NCBI GenBank assembly: GCA_963764165.1
Contig: CAVXRD010000001.1
Coordinates: 608,001-672,000, forward strand
DNA length: 64,000 bases
Reading direction: 5' to 3'
Source of the DNA: an uncultured Verrucomicrobiae bacterium
GTDB taxonomy: Bacteria; Verrucomicrobiota; Verrucomicrobiia; Limisphaerales; Palsa-1400
The first letter of the stretch is position 1. Every line of letters begins with the position of its first letter. Both the position numbers and the translations under genes were made by a program. The notes beneath the pieces are model-generated. The model worked only from the letters and a program-made list of their open reading frames with translations, searched no databases and had not been told where the DNA came from. Below are positions 48,389 to 57,778 of this stretch, piece by piece.

Positions 48389-49552
48389 TCAGCGAAGGCA
48401 GATTTTGCGGACGCAGTCGTCGAAATCTTCCGCGCCGCTAAGGATTTTTATTTCCACGCGCATAAAATAAATCGGCAGATCGCGGCGATCTAATTTCGGG
48501 AAGCGCACGGCGTCCTTTTGCGTTGTGATGATGACATCGGCCTGCCGCTTCTTGCTGCGATTGATGGCGTTGAGAATTTCCTGCTGGGTGAAGCGATGGT
48601 GGTCGGCGAAACGCTTGGAATAAACGAGTTCGCGGCACAATTTCACAAGGCTCTGCTCGAAACTCTCCGGCTGGGCGATGCCGCTCAGGCTGGCCACGCG
48701 CAGGTTTTTCATGAAATCCAGCCCTTTGCGCTCGCCGGTGAAAACGTCCTCAAAGTAAAGAGGCGCATGAATGCACTCGATAATGCCGGCGGTCGGATTG
48801 TAGCGGGTGATGCGCTCGCGCAATTCCTTCGTCTTGCCATCGCTCTTGGTGATGAACACGACCGCCGCGCGGCTCAGGTGCGACGGCGGTTCGCGGAGCG
48901 TCCCGCGCGGGAATAGATGCTCGTTGCCGAACGGCTGCTGGCAGTCAACAAGAACAACATCCTGCCGCCGCCCAGCCAGGCGCCAATATTGAAATCCATC
49001 GTCCAGCAGCAGTGTATCGCAGCCAAAATGCTCAATGGCGTAGCGACCGCTTTTCACCCGGTTTTTGTCCACCAGAACGACGACATCTTTTAGGTTTGAC
49101 GCCAGCATGTAAGGCTCGTCACCAGCGGTTTCGGAATCGAGCAGCAGGCTTTTGCCATCGGAGACAATGCGCGGGGGGGTGGTATCCTCGCGCAGCAGAA
49201 ATTTATCCAGAAGCGTTTCCGCGACAGGTTTTGGCCGCGACCGGTAGCCGCGCGTAAGGATGGCGACTTTGCGCCCCTGTTTCTGCAATTCGCGGGCAAA
49301 TTTCTCGACCACCGGAGTCTTGCCGGTGCCCCCAAGCGTTAGATTGCCAATGGCAATCACCTGAATGCCAAGAGTTGAATCCCGCATCAAACGCACCTTG
49401 ATGCAGAAACGATGAATCGCCACCAGCAACTGGTAAAATTTAGAAAGAACGAACAAACCGGACCGAACAAAAGCAGGGAACTTCCCGCGCCGTTGCTCAA
49501 AGATGATTTCCAGATACGGCGTTTCGATAGATTCTAACCAAGCGCGGAACAT
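48389..49552 (-). CDS. lpxK: Tetraacyldisaccharide 4'-kinase
   Basis: [52 protein letters not shown]. Confidence 0.93.
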   Translation of the reverse strand: MFRAWLESIETPYLEIIFEQRRGKFPAFVRSGLFVLSKFYQLLVAIHRFCIKVRLMRDSTLGIQVIAIGNLTLGGTGKTPVVEKFARELQKQGRKVAILTRGYRSRPKPVAETLLDKFLLREDTTPPRIVSDGKSLLLDSETAGDEPYMLASNLKDVVVLVDKNRVKSGRYAIEHFGCDTLLLDDGFQYWRLAGRRQDVVLVDCQQPFGNEHLFPRGTLREPPSHLSRAAVVFITKSDGKTKELRERITRYNPTAGIIECIHAPLYFEDVFTGERKGLDFMKNLRVASLSGIAQPESFEQSLVKLCRELVYSKRFADHHRFTQQEILNAINRSKKRQADVIITTQKDAVRFPKLDRRDLPIYFMRVEIKILSGAEDFDDCVRKICLR

Positions 49553-49706
49553 ATTCCGCCCCAAGTCTGCACATTGCAGCGCGTTGCCGCAAGCGGCAGT
49601 GCATTGTTTGTTACTATTTTCTTCGTTTACTTTGTTATCTTCTGTTCATTTTCGGCTTCGGTTTTCAACTTGTGACGCGCGGGGCGTTGTGCCCAAAATA
49701 ACTGAG

Positions 49707-49730
49707 CCGGTTTTCAAAAGCCAAAACCGG
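49707..49730. promoter_or_regulatory. Palindromic candidate operator upstream of the Rrf2 regulator
   Basis: CCGGTTTT-N8-AAAACCGG, ending 8 nt before the start codon. Confidence 0.45.
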
Positions 49731-49738
49731 ATTCTGTA

Positions 49739-50158
49739 GTGAAACTCTCAATCAAAAGCGATTACGCAGCCCGCGCCGTCCTCTGGCTTTGCCAGCATCA
49801 ACGTGACGGTGTTGCCCGGACCGTCGAGGAAATGGCTTCGGCCCAGGGAATTCCGCCCAACTATCTAGTCCAAATTCTTATCGAGCTAAAGTCCGCCAAC
49901 ATCGTCAAAAGCCAGCGCGGAAAAGACGGCGGCTACCTGCTCGCCCGGCCGCCGGCGGAGATTACTTTTGGCGACGTCCTCCGCTGCATTCACGGCGAAA
50001 TCTTCGATCCGCCGGGATTAGCGCAGGCCCAAAGCCCGCCGGAATTGCGCCAGGCGTGGGCGCGATTGAAAGATGCGGTCAACCGCGAAGCAGACGCGCT
50101 GACCTTTCAGAAGCTGCTCGAAAACGCGGCCGAGAAGAGCAAAATGTATTATATTTGA
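49739..50158 (+). CDS. Rrf2 family transcriptional regulator (CymR-like)
   Basis: KSDYAARA, YLVQIL, SQRGKDGGYLLA; C-terminal MYYI; lacks the IscR/NsrR Cys triad. Confidence 0.88.
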   Translation: MKLSIKSDYAARAVLWLCQHQRDGVARTVEEMASAQGIPPNYLVQILIELKSANIVKSQRGKDGGYLLARPPAEITFGDVLRCIHGEIFDPPGLAQAQSPPELRQAWARLKDAVNREADALTFQKLLENAAEKSKMYYI

Positions 50159-50242
50159 CGCTCGCAAGTCACTTCGCGCCCGGCTTTTCGTATTTCTTCA
50201 ATTCGCCGTGCGGAGAGATCGTCACGCGGACTACCCAAAGTC

Positions 50243-50376
50243 GTAGCGCAGATTTCCAAACCTGCCAGCCGCAAACTGCAACAGGCCGCTTGCGGACTAC
50301 CGATGCAATCAGTTCCAATTGTGAGGCAAGCGGATTTGGAAATCCGCGATACAGCAGACTTGGAAGTCTGCGCTGC
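50243..50376. repeat. REP-like doublet, GTAG family B (degenerate)
   Basis: GTAGCGCAGATTTCCAAACCTGC ... GCGGATTTGGAAATCCGC GATACA GCAGACTTGGAAGTCTGCGCTGC, between convergent genes. Confidence 0.75.
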
Positions 50377-50398
50377 AAAACCGAACGCTTGACAGGCC

Positions 50399-51304
50399 TC
50401 AGGCGCCGGGCGCGGGAGTCTCATAGCTTCGGACAAAGGCGTGCACCGGATGCATTTGGCCGCACATGATGCACCGCACCATTTCGAATCGAGTCCCGCA
50501 GCTTGGGCAAACACCGTGGTTGCCGAACATATCGAACGGCTGGCGGCATTTGCCGCATCCCCAGAATTTCCCCATCGGCGGGGCCTCGCCGCAGCTAGGA
50601 CACGCCAACCCCACGTGCCGGCCCGCTTCTTCGATCTTGGCGAATTCCCGAGCGTATTGCAGTCCGCCCCAGCATTGGAACAGCGCGAACACCGCCATCA
50701 TGACCATCCATTGTGACCGAATCGAAAAGAGAAGAAGCACGCCAACGGTGACAAACCCAAGAATCGACGCCACTTTCAAGCTTCGCGCAAAGCCGAGCCA
50801 GTACCAAAGCAGCGATTGCACAATCTTACCGCCATCCAGCGGATAAACCGGCAGCATATTGAAACAGAGAAGACCGATGTCGATGGTCAACGTGTTGGTC
50901 AGCAATTCAATGATCTGCTGATCCGCGCCGGACCTTGCCGACACGAGCGTAGCAACAAATAAAATCGGCGCCAGAAGCACATTCACCAGCGGCCCCGCGG
51001 CGATGCTCCAAAGCATGGCGCCAGGCCGCCACGGCGGACTGACATAGGCCACGCCACCAAGAGGCCACAAGACGATTTCATCCGCTTTTCCCCCGACACT
51101 GCGGCAAGCCAGCGAATGGCCGAATTCGTGCATGAGCACCATTGCGAACAGGAAGAGGCACTGCCAGGCGGCCCAAACATAGGAGCCGCTCGCGCTCCCC
51201 ACGTACGAAGTGAGAAAAAAAGGGACGATGAACCACGACCAATGCAAATAGACATTGATCCCCAAAAATTGGAATAATCGAATCGAGCCTTTGGAGGTCG
51301 GCAT
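50399..51304 (-). CDS. Site-2 protease (M50) family protein with a C-terminal four-CxxC zinc-ribbon region
   Basis: HEFGH, AAGPLVN, NMLPVYPLDGG; CPSC..CGKC..CPSC..CIMC. Confidence 0.9.
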   Translation of the reverse strand: MPTSKGSIRLFQFLGINVYLHWSWFIVPFFLTSYVGSASGSYVWAAWQCLFLFAMVLMHEFGHSLACRSVGGKADEIVLWPLGGVAYVSPPWRPGAMLWSIAAGPLVNVLLAPILFVATLVSARSGADQQIIELLTNTLTIDIGLLCFNMLPVYPLDGGKIVQSLLWYWLGFARSLKVASILGFVTVGVLLLFSIRSQWMVMMAVFALFQCWGGLQYAREFAKIEEAGRHVGLACPSCGEAPPMGKFWGCGKCRQPFDMFGNHGVCPSCGTRFEMVRCIMCGQMHPVHAFVRSYETPAPGA

Positions 51305-51348
51305 GACAAGTGGACGGTACAGGCAATTCGGAGAATGAGCAAGGTCAG

Positions 51349-51444
51349 GTAGGGACGCCTCGCCGAGGCGTCCGGGGTGTGGCTCTCTACATGCTGTTTC
51401 GACAATTTTCTCGCCTCACCCGGACGCCTCGGCGAGGCGTCCCT
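51349..51444. repeat. REP doublet, GTAG family A
   Basis: GTAGGGACGCCTCGCCGAGGCGTCC ... GGACGCCTCGGCGAGGCGTCCCT, directly after the parE stop. Confidence 0.88.
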
Positions 51445-51448
51445 TTAA

Positions 51449-53281
51449 TTATTCCTCCACTGGCACGACCAGATTTTCCATGATGTAATCTTTTCGCTCA
51501 GGCGTGTTTTTGCCCATGTAGAATGTCAAAATGCCCGCCGTCTCGGGCTTCGATGCGTATTCAACTTGACTCAAACGCATCCCCGTTCCGATGAATTGCT
51601 TGAATTCGTGCGGGGAGATTTCACCCAAACCTTTGAAGCGCGTGACCTCGGAACTTTTGCCCAATTTCGACATGGCCGCGTCGCGCTCGGCTTCGCTGTA
51701 GCAATAAATGGTCTCCTGCTTGTTGCGCACGCGGAAAAGCGGCGTCTCCAGCACATGCAGATGGCCCTCATGCACCAGATGCTCGAAAAAGCGGAAGAAA
51801 TACGTGATAAGCAAATTGCGAATGTGCAGGCCGTCGACATCGGCATCGGTGGCCAGAATCACTTTGTCGTAGCGCAGGCTTTCGACGGTATCCTCGATGT
51901 CCAGGCTGCGCATCAAATTATACATTTCGTCGTTGCGATAAACGATGTCGCGCTTCAAATCCCAGACATTGAGCGGCTTGCCCTTGAGGACAAAGACGGC
52001 CTGCATGTTGACATCGCGGCAGCTCATGATCGGGCCGGCGGCGGACTGCCCTTCTGTCAGGAAAATCATCGTTCCCTTCCCTTTGCCCTTTGCTTTGTCA
52101 AGATGAACCTTGCAGTCGCGCAATTGCGGGATGCGGATCGTGATGGCCTTGGCCCGTTCGCGGGCCAGCTTTTTGACCTCCTGCAATTCCTTGCGCAACT
52201 GCTGCGTATCCGCAACCTTGGCCATGATTTTCTCGGCCACTTCCTTGTTGCGATTGAAGAAGTGCAGCAACTCCTCGCGCACGGTGTTGACGAGGTCGGA
52301 GCGGATTTCCGTGTTGCCGAGCTTGTTCTTCGTTTGCGATTCGAACACCGGATCCTTCAGGCGGATCGCCACCGCGCCAATCATGCACTCGCGGACATCG
52401 TCGCCTTCGTATTTGCCCTTGGAGTATTCGTTGACAGCCTTGAGCAAGCCTTCGCGAAAGGCGCTCAAATGCGTTCCGCCGTCCGAGGTGTACTGGCCGT
52501 TGACGAATGAGAAAAAAGTTTCGCCGTAACGGCTGTTGCTGTGCGTAAAGCAGAATTCCAGCGTCTTGCTGGTGTAATGCAGCGGCGGATAAATCGGCTC
52601 GGCATGATCGGCTGCCAAATCCTCCATCACGAGATCGAGCAAGCCGTTGCGCGAAACGAATGTTTGCCCGTTGTAAATGAGCTTCAAGCCAGAGTTCAGA
52701 TAACTGTAATGGCGAAGGCGCTTCTCGATGAATTCCGGGCGCAACTCGCTGTTCTTGAAAATTTCCGGGTCGGGCACGAAGCGAATAAAGGTGCCGTCCG
52801 GCTCATTCGGAAGTTCGCCCTTCTTTTCGCCTTTCAATTTTCCCGTCTTGAAGGACGCCTCGACAAATTCCCCGCCGCGATGGCTGCGAACCAAAAAATC
52901 CTTCGAGAGCGCATTGACAGCCTTGGTGCCGACGCCGTTCAAGCCGACGCTGAATTGGAAAACGTCGTCATTATACTTGGCGCCCGTGTTGATCTTCGAG
53001 ACGCAATCGATGACTTTCCCCAGCGGAATGCCGCGCCCGAAATCGCGCACGTTCACGGTGGTGCCCTCGATATCAATCCGAACTTCCTTGCCGTGGCCCA
53101 TGATGTATTCGTCGATGGCGTTATCGATGACCTCCTTAAGGAGGATGTAAACGCCGTCGTCGTAATTGGAGCCATCGCCGATGCGCCCGATGTACATGCC
53201 GGTGCGCAGGCGGATGTGCTCCAGGGACGACAGCGTTTTGATTTTGCTCTCGTCGTAAACGTGCTTTTTATTTTCAGCCAT
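51449..53281 (-). CDS. parE: DNA topoisomerase IV subunit B
   Basis: EHIRLRTGMYIG, EVIDNAIDE, GLNGVG, TEGQSA, TDADVDGLHIR, TRFKGLGEI, MGKNTPERK. Confidence 0.88.
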   Translation of the reverse strand: MAENKKHVYDESKIKTLSSLEHIRLRTGMYIGRIGDGSNYDDGVYILLKEVIDNAIDEYIMGHGKEVRIDIEGTTVNVRDFGRGIPLGKVIDCVSKINTGAKYNDDVFQFSVGLNGVGTKAVNALSKDFLVRSHRGGEFVEASFKTGKLKGEKKGELPNEPDGTFIRFVPDPEIFKNSELRPEFIEKRLRHYSYLNSGLKLIYNGQTFVSRNGLLDLVMEDLAADHAEPIYPPLHYTSKTLEFCFTHSNSRYGETFFSFVNGQYTSDGGTHLSAFREGLLKAVNEYSKGKYEGDDVRECMIGAVAIRLKDPVFESQTKNKLGNTEIRSDLVNTVREELLHFFNRNKEVAEKIMAKVADTQQLRKELQEVKKLARERAKAITIRIPQLRDCKVHLDKAKGKGKGTMIFLTEGQSAAGPIMSCRDVNMQAVFVLKGKPLNVWDLKRDIVYRNDEMYNLMRSLDIEDTVESLRYDKVILATDADVDGLHIRNLLITYFFRFFEHLVHEGHLHVLETPLFRVRNKQETIYCYSEAERDAAMSKLGKSSEVTRFKGLGEISPHEFKQFIGTGMRLSQVEYASKPETAGILTFYMGKNTPERKDYIMENLVVPVEE

Positions 53282-53373
53282 AAACTGGCTCCAATATTGG
53301 GACGAACGGCGCGATTGCAACCGGAAATTTCCGCTCGTCGTGCCTTTGTGGCGGCGTTAGGCTGCCGCGGGCC

Positions 53374-53775
53374 ATGGCAAAACTCCGCATCACCAAACGC
53401 AAAGTTTCCGGCGGCGCGCTCGCGTTCGCCGGTTACATGCTCTCGCCGCTTTCGTGGTGGAACGATCTTTTTGTGAACTGGCCCATCGCGCTGGCCTTCG
53501 CGTGGGTGGTCAGTTTCTTTTACAAGCCCGCCTTCACCGCGACCTTGATTCTCGGCTATTGGCTTACGAATATTTTGGGCTTCGTGCTCATGCAAAAAGG
53601 CGGGGCGAAAATTATCAGCGAAGAGGATAAGCCCTACACACGCCGGCTCCTCTATCGCGACCTGGCCATTTCTCTTCTTTACACTGCGGCGGTGGTGGTG
53701 CTGGTGAAAATTGGCATCATCGCTCCAATTCAGGATACGGTGCAAAAAATCGAGAATTTCGTGCGCGGCAAATGA
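53374..53775 (+). CDS. Hypothetical small membrane protein
   Basis: 133 aa with several hydrophobic helices (LSPLSWWNDLFVN.., GYWLTNILG). Confidence 0.7.
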   Translation: MAKLRITKRKVSGGALAFAGYMLSPLSWWNDLFVNWPIALAFAWVVSFFYKPAFTATLILGYWLTNILGFVLMQKGGAKIISEEDKPYTRRLLYRDLAISLLYTAAVVVLVKIGIIAPIQDTVQKIENFVRGK

Positions 53776-53781
53776 CTCCGC

Positions 53782-53887
53782 CGGAGCGCGGCTGTGTCGA
53801 AGACCAGCCGCAGCAGCGTTCGAATGAACCGGCGCGCGTCTCGGTGTTAACATGGCTGCGGCTGGTCTTCGACACAGCCGCGCTCCG
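53782..53887. repeat. Perfect 33-bp inverted repeat (GGAG-type REP doublet, family C)
   Basis: CGGAGCGCGGCTGTGTCGAAGACCAGCCGCAGC (53782-53814) is the exact reverse complement of 53855-53887; lies between convergent genes. Confidence 0.9.
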
Positions 53888-53888
53888 A

Positions 53889-54293
53889 TTACTTCCCCAT
53901 CTTTATCAAATGATCGTATTGCGCTTTCGTCAATGGCATGACCGAAAGCCGCGAATTCTTGACAAGATGAATTTCTTTTACAGCCGCGTCGCTTTTGACA
54001 GCGGCGAGCGTGACAGGTTTCGCCAGGAGTTTGACGGGAACCAGCGCCACCGCCACCCAATCGCCATCCTCCGCCGTTGGGTCCGGATAGGGCGCGACGG
54101 AAACGCTGGCGATTCCGACGATCTGCTTTTCGTCGCCGCTATGGTAGAACAAAACAGTGTCGCCCTTTTTCATGCCGCGAAGATTGTTTCGCGCCTGAAA
54201 ATTCCGCACGCCCGTCCATTCGGCGCGGCCTTCTTTGACAAAATCCGCCCACGAATAGGATTCCGGTTCCTGTTTCACCAGCCAGTAATTCAT
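53889..54293 (-). CDS. EVE domain-containing protein
   Basis: YWLVKQEP, WTGVRNFQARNNLR, FYHS, SRLSVMP. Confidence 0.93.
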   Translation of the reverse strand: MNYWLVKQEPESYSWADFVKEGRAEWTGVRNFQARNNLRGMKKGDTVLFYHSGDEKQIVGIASVSVAPYPDPTAEDGDWVAVALVPVKLLAKPVTLAAVKSDAAVKEIHLVKNSRLSVMPLTKAQYDHLIKMGK

Positions 54294-54302
54294 AACCCAT
54301 TC

Positions 54303-54998
54303 TTACGCCGTCGCAGGTTTGATGGCAATCACACGCACTTCCCGGCCCAGCTTGCACACATGCACTATGCGCCTGATCAAACGAAAGCCCGTCTCGCCCA
54401 GATGCAATTTCGCCGCCCACACTGCGGCGAATCGCGAATAACCAAACTCGCCAATGCCCGCCTGCGAAATTTCAAAACCGCATTCGCTCACAAGATTGCC
54501 GAGCGTCTGGACGTTCCATGAATACAGATGGCGATTCGGCTCGTCCGGCCGAAATTTCCGGTAGCGGCGCTCGCGCTCATAGGGCACGCACAAAACCAAT
54601 CTCCCCGACGGCTTCAACCAGCGGCGAATTTCATCGAGGACTTCCGGCGGATTGGGAACATGCTCGAGGGTGTGGTGGCAAATCACTACGTCCGCCGCGC
54701 TGTTTGGAAAGGCGCGCGGTTCCGTGATGATTTCAATTCCGAGTGGCTGGAGTTTGGCCAGTTGGGATTCTGCGATGTCGAAGCCTAATTTGCGGCGGCA
54801 TTTGAGGCCCGCCAAATTCCAGCCTGCGCCCACGCCATATTCGGCCACCACGTCTTCGCTCGCGACGAACGGGGCAAATTTGCGCGCCCGCAGCGCGATC
54901 ACCCACGGGACGGCTTGCTCCGGGATGCCGCGCTTGGACTCGTGGTATTGGCGTCCCGCTTCGCCGCGGTAATGGCGCTGAACCTGGTCAATCGGCAC
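54303..54998 (-). CDS. Class I SAM-dependent methyltransferase
   Basis: AEYGVGAG, DVVICHHTLEHVPNP, LKPSGRLVL. Start GTG 54998 inferred from a promoter directly upstream. Confidence 0.85.
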   Translation of the reverse strand: MPIDQVQRHYRGEAGRQYHESKRGIPEQAVPWVIALRARKFAPFVASEDVVAEYGVGAGWNLAGLKCRRKLGFDIAESQLAKLQPLGIEIITEPRAFPNSAADVVICHHTLEHVPNPPEVLDEIRRWLKPSGRLVLCVPYERERRYRKFRPDEPNRHLYSWNVQTLGNLVSECGFEISQAGIGEFGYSRFAAVWAAKLHLGETGFRLIRRIVHVCKLGREVRVIAIKPATA

Positions 54999-55081
54999 GC
55001 CGAACTTTATCCGCCCGCGCGCGGTTGCACAATGACTGTGTTGCGACGATCGCGATCTCTTAAAGGTAGGGACGCCTCGCC

Positions 55082-56764
55082 GAGACTGTCTCAAAACGTT
55101 TTAGTCTGGCCGATCTGGTTATATGGGCACCAATAGGGGCTGTGGAAACGGGTGTCAACTTTTAGTTGTCAGAGCGTGGCTGGCGTCAGCGATGACGCCA
55201 AGCTTCCCTTTCCCTCCTTTTTTAGGCCGCCATCGCCAAATTTCCTTCAACCGCGGCGGTTTTGACTTCCATTTTCGGCGTCTGGACCCGGGCCTGCCAC
55301 TTTTTATAGAGGATTCGCAGGTTCAAGGTGGCGCATAACAAGGCCCATTGGGCTTGCACGGCTTCCAGACCCCAAACTGTCCAACGCCGAAAGCCGTCGT
55401 GTTGCTTGAGCTGCCCAAACCGGCGTTCGATGATCTCTTTGCGCTTTCCATAAAGCGCGGCGGGTCCTGGCTCTTGCAGCCGGGCCCGCATGGCTTGCAC
55501 CAGCGTGGTGTGCGGCCACACTTCGACTTGCCGCCCTTTGGGATCGCGGCTGCAGAGGGCGCGCACGGGACAGTCTCGGTGATGGCAGCGGAAGCGCTCA
55601 ACGGTCTGGCCTTTCTTGGTGGTCTGGCCTTCGTGGTCCAGAAGGCGCTCTTGCGGGCAGGTGACGGTGTGGGCCGCCTCGTCATAATGAAAATGCTGCG
55701 TCGCGTAGGCGTTGTCGTGGGCTGGCTTGCCCTCCGCCGGCGGGGCCAGCACATTCATCTGCTGTTCCACGGCCGCTTTCAAGTCGGCCCCGCCCCCATA
55801 GCCGGCGTCGGCGGCGGTGAGGGTTGGAATGGCCGCCGGACCGAGGTTTTGCCTCGCTTCTTCAATCATGGGGACCAGCTGGCCGGCGTCGGTTTCCTGG
55901 CGGGTGGCTTGACAGGCGACCATGATGCCCTCCTGGCTGTCGGCCACCGCCTGGGCGTTGTAGGCAAAGCGGTTGGTGTCGCCGACTTTCATCCGGCGCG
56001 CCTCCGGTTCGGCTGGATGGTAATGGTGGCGCCCGTCGGCCTGCAGCTGGGCCAGGCCTTTTTTGATTTCCTCGCGCAGGGCCTGGCGCTGGGCCAACCC
56101 GGCGGGCAGCCGGCAGCCCGGTGCGCTGGAATCCTGGTTCTCCGCCACGACTTTGAGCTCGATTTCCTCCAAGGCGCCATCCAGCTGGGCCAGGAGCTTC
56201 TCCATGTAAACCTTGCTCCAGCCCTGCGGCCCGCTGCAGGCGGCTTGAATCTTGGTGCCGTCCAACGCTTGCAAGGCAAATCCCACCGCCCCGGTGCGGA
56301 GGGCCAGCTGCACGGTTTGCTTGAAAACCTGGCGCAGGGCCTTTTTGTTTCCGTCCCAGAACCGCCAGAGGCTGTTGTGGTCGGGGGCGTTGAGCCCCGT
56401 CAGCCACAGCAGCGAGACATGCTCCGTGCAGGCGGTTTCCAGCTTGCGGGTGGAGCGAATGCGGTGGAAATAACCGTAAAGCCAAATCTTGAGCAGGAGG
56501 CTGGGGGCATAGGGCGGACGGCCTTCGGCGGCGGCGGGAATGACAAACCCAAGCTGGGGCAGATCCAACTGGTCGACAAATTCGCGCAGGAAGCGGGCGG
56601 GATGGTCGGCGGACACCCAGTCCTCCAGGGCGGGCGGGAGGAGGAACTGCTGTCCGTAATCAGGGGCAATCGGTTGAGCCATATTTGTTGAACGGCATTG
56701 TCAACTAAAGGCTCACATATTGTCAAATACATTCCTCAAAAAACAGAAGTTTTGAGACAATCTC
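55082..56764 (-). mobile_element. IS1182-family insertion sequence, 1683 bp, with 16-bp TIRs and a 4-bp TSD (CGCC)
   Basis: TIRs GAGACTGTCTCAAAAC (55082-55097) and GTTTTGAGACAATCTC (56749-56764), one mismatch; CGCC at 55078-55081 and 56765-56768. Confidence 0.93.
55222..56682 (-). CDS. IS1182 family DDE transposase
   Basis: LPPALEDWV..DHPARF, GRPPY.P..LLK, STRKLE, LDGTKI, AYNAQ, ADAGY, IERRFG.LK. Confidence 0.93.
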   Translation of the reverse strand: MAQPIAPDYGQQFLLPPALEDWVSADHPARFLREFVDQLDLPQLGFVIPAAAEGRPPYAPSLLLKIWLYGYFHRIRSTRKLETACTEHVSLLWLTGLNAPDHNSLWRFWDGNKKALRQVFKQTVQLALRTGAVGFALQALDGTKIQAACSGPQGWSKVYMEKLLAQLDGALEEIELKVVAENQDSSAPGCRLPAGLAQRQALREEIKKGLAQLQADGRHHYHPAEPEARRMKVGDTNRFAYNAQAVADSQEGIMVACQATRQETDAGQLVPMIEEARQNLGPAAIPTLTAADAGYGGGADLKAAVEQQMNVLAPPAEGKPAHDNAYATQHFHYDEAAHTVTCPQERLLDHEGQTTKKGQTVERFRCHHRDCPVRALCSRDPKGRQVEVWPHTTLVQAMRARLQEPGPAALYGKRKEIIERRFGQLKQHDGFRRWTVWGLEAVQAQWALLCATLNLRILYKKWQARVQTPKMEVKTAAVEGNLAMAA

Positions 56765-56964
56765 CGCCGAGGCGTCCGAGGATGTGGCGGTTTGTGGGCG
56801 TCTAAATCCGCGCAGAGATCAGGGCGGCCCAAAAGACCTTCCTGCGAAGCCTTTAAAAAAAGAAGATCACGCTTCTAAACCGCAACATCCCCGGACGCCT
56901 CGGCGAGGCGTCCCTACCTCAATCACTGTGTTGCGGCGCGTCCCCGCCGCCCGTAGACTTCGGC

Positions 56965-57756
56965 ATGCCCGAGATGGCTGAAGTGGAATATTATCGCAAG
57001 CAATGGAGCTGCGGTGAAAAGCAGAAGGTGCTGGCGGTGGAGTTGCATCCGGCCGCCCGAGTTCTGCGCGGAGTGGATTCGGCGGCGCTGAAAAAATCCC
57101 TGACCGGCGCAACATTTCTCGGCTCGGAAGCTCACGGCAAACGCCTCTTTTTCCGATTCTCGAATGACGCGTGGCTCAGCTTGCACATGGGCATGAGCGG
57201 AAGTTTGACCTCGCAAAAAGCGGACGCCGAAATCGGACGCCACGATCATCTGGTGCTGCGGCAGGCCAGGCAAAGTTTATTCTTTACAGATCCCCGACAG
57301 CTCGGCCACGCGCGTTTTCACGCAGGCGAAACTCCGCCATGGATGGCTAAACTTCCGCCTCAAGTTCTGTCGCCGAAATTCACCCGCGCATTGATGGACA
57401 AATTTTTGGCCCGGCACGGACGGCAGCCATTGAAAGCGTCGCTGTTGGCGCAGGAATGTTTTCCGGGCATCGGGAATTGGATGGCGGATGAAATTCTCTG
57501 GCGCGCCCGGCTTCGTCCCTCGCGGCGCTCGGATAGCCTGTCAAGCGCGGAAGCAGGCAAGTTGTATCGCGAAGTTCGTTTTGTGGCGCGGGAATCTTTG
57601 CGCACCATTGGCGAACGCCTGGGTGATCCGCCGCCTTCGTGGCTGTTTCACGTCCGGTGGCGGGCCGGCGGTTTGTGCCCGCGTGACAAGTCGAAATTGG
57701 AACGCACGCAAGTCGGCGGGCGCACGTCGTGCTGGTGCAGGAGTTGCCAAAAGTGA
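56965..57756 (+). CDS. Fpg/Nei family DNA glycosylase (MutM-like)
   Basis: N-terminal PE(M)AEVE, HGK, LHMGMSG, FTDPR, GIGNWMADEILW, C-terminal zinc finger. Confidence 0.9.
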   Translation: MPEMAEVEYYRKQWSCGEKQKVLAVELHPAARVLRGVDSAALKKSLTGATFLGSEAHGKRLFFRFSNDAWLSLHMGMSGSLTSQKADAEIGRHDHLVLRQARQSLFFTDPRQLGHARFHAGETPPWMAKLPPQVLSPKFTRALMDKFLARHGRQPLKASLLAQECFPGIGNWMADEILWRARLRPSRRSDSLSSAEAGKLYREVRFVARESLRTIGERLGDPPPSWLFHVRWRAGGLCPRDKSKLERTQVGGRTSCWCRSCQK

Positions 57757-57778
57757 CTTTTTCTCTCTTTAATCTCAC

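Larger units (their letters stand above)
55066..56917. repeat. REP doublet, GTAG family A, with its left REP split by the IS
   Basis: GTAGGGACGCCTCGCC | IS | CGCCGAGGCGTCC ... GGACGCCTCGGCGAGGCGTCCCTAC. Confidence 0.88.

Noticed and set aside
26478..56691. Long antisense ORFs (e.g. 26478-27968, 39730-41295, 46413-47411, 55348-56691)
   Set aside because: They lie opposite well-supported genes, have no recognisable motifs, and are expected in GC-rich DNA.
35541..56917. REP or decamer repeats read as a CRISPR array
   Set aside because: Copies are dispersed inverted pairs, not regularly spaced direct repeats with unique spacers; no cas genes.
57670..57756. Fpg zinc finger with Asp in place of the second Cys (CPRD..CRSC)
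   Set aside because: Ligand variation is known among Fpg/Nei paralogs; not enough to call novel.
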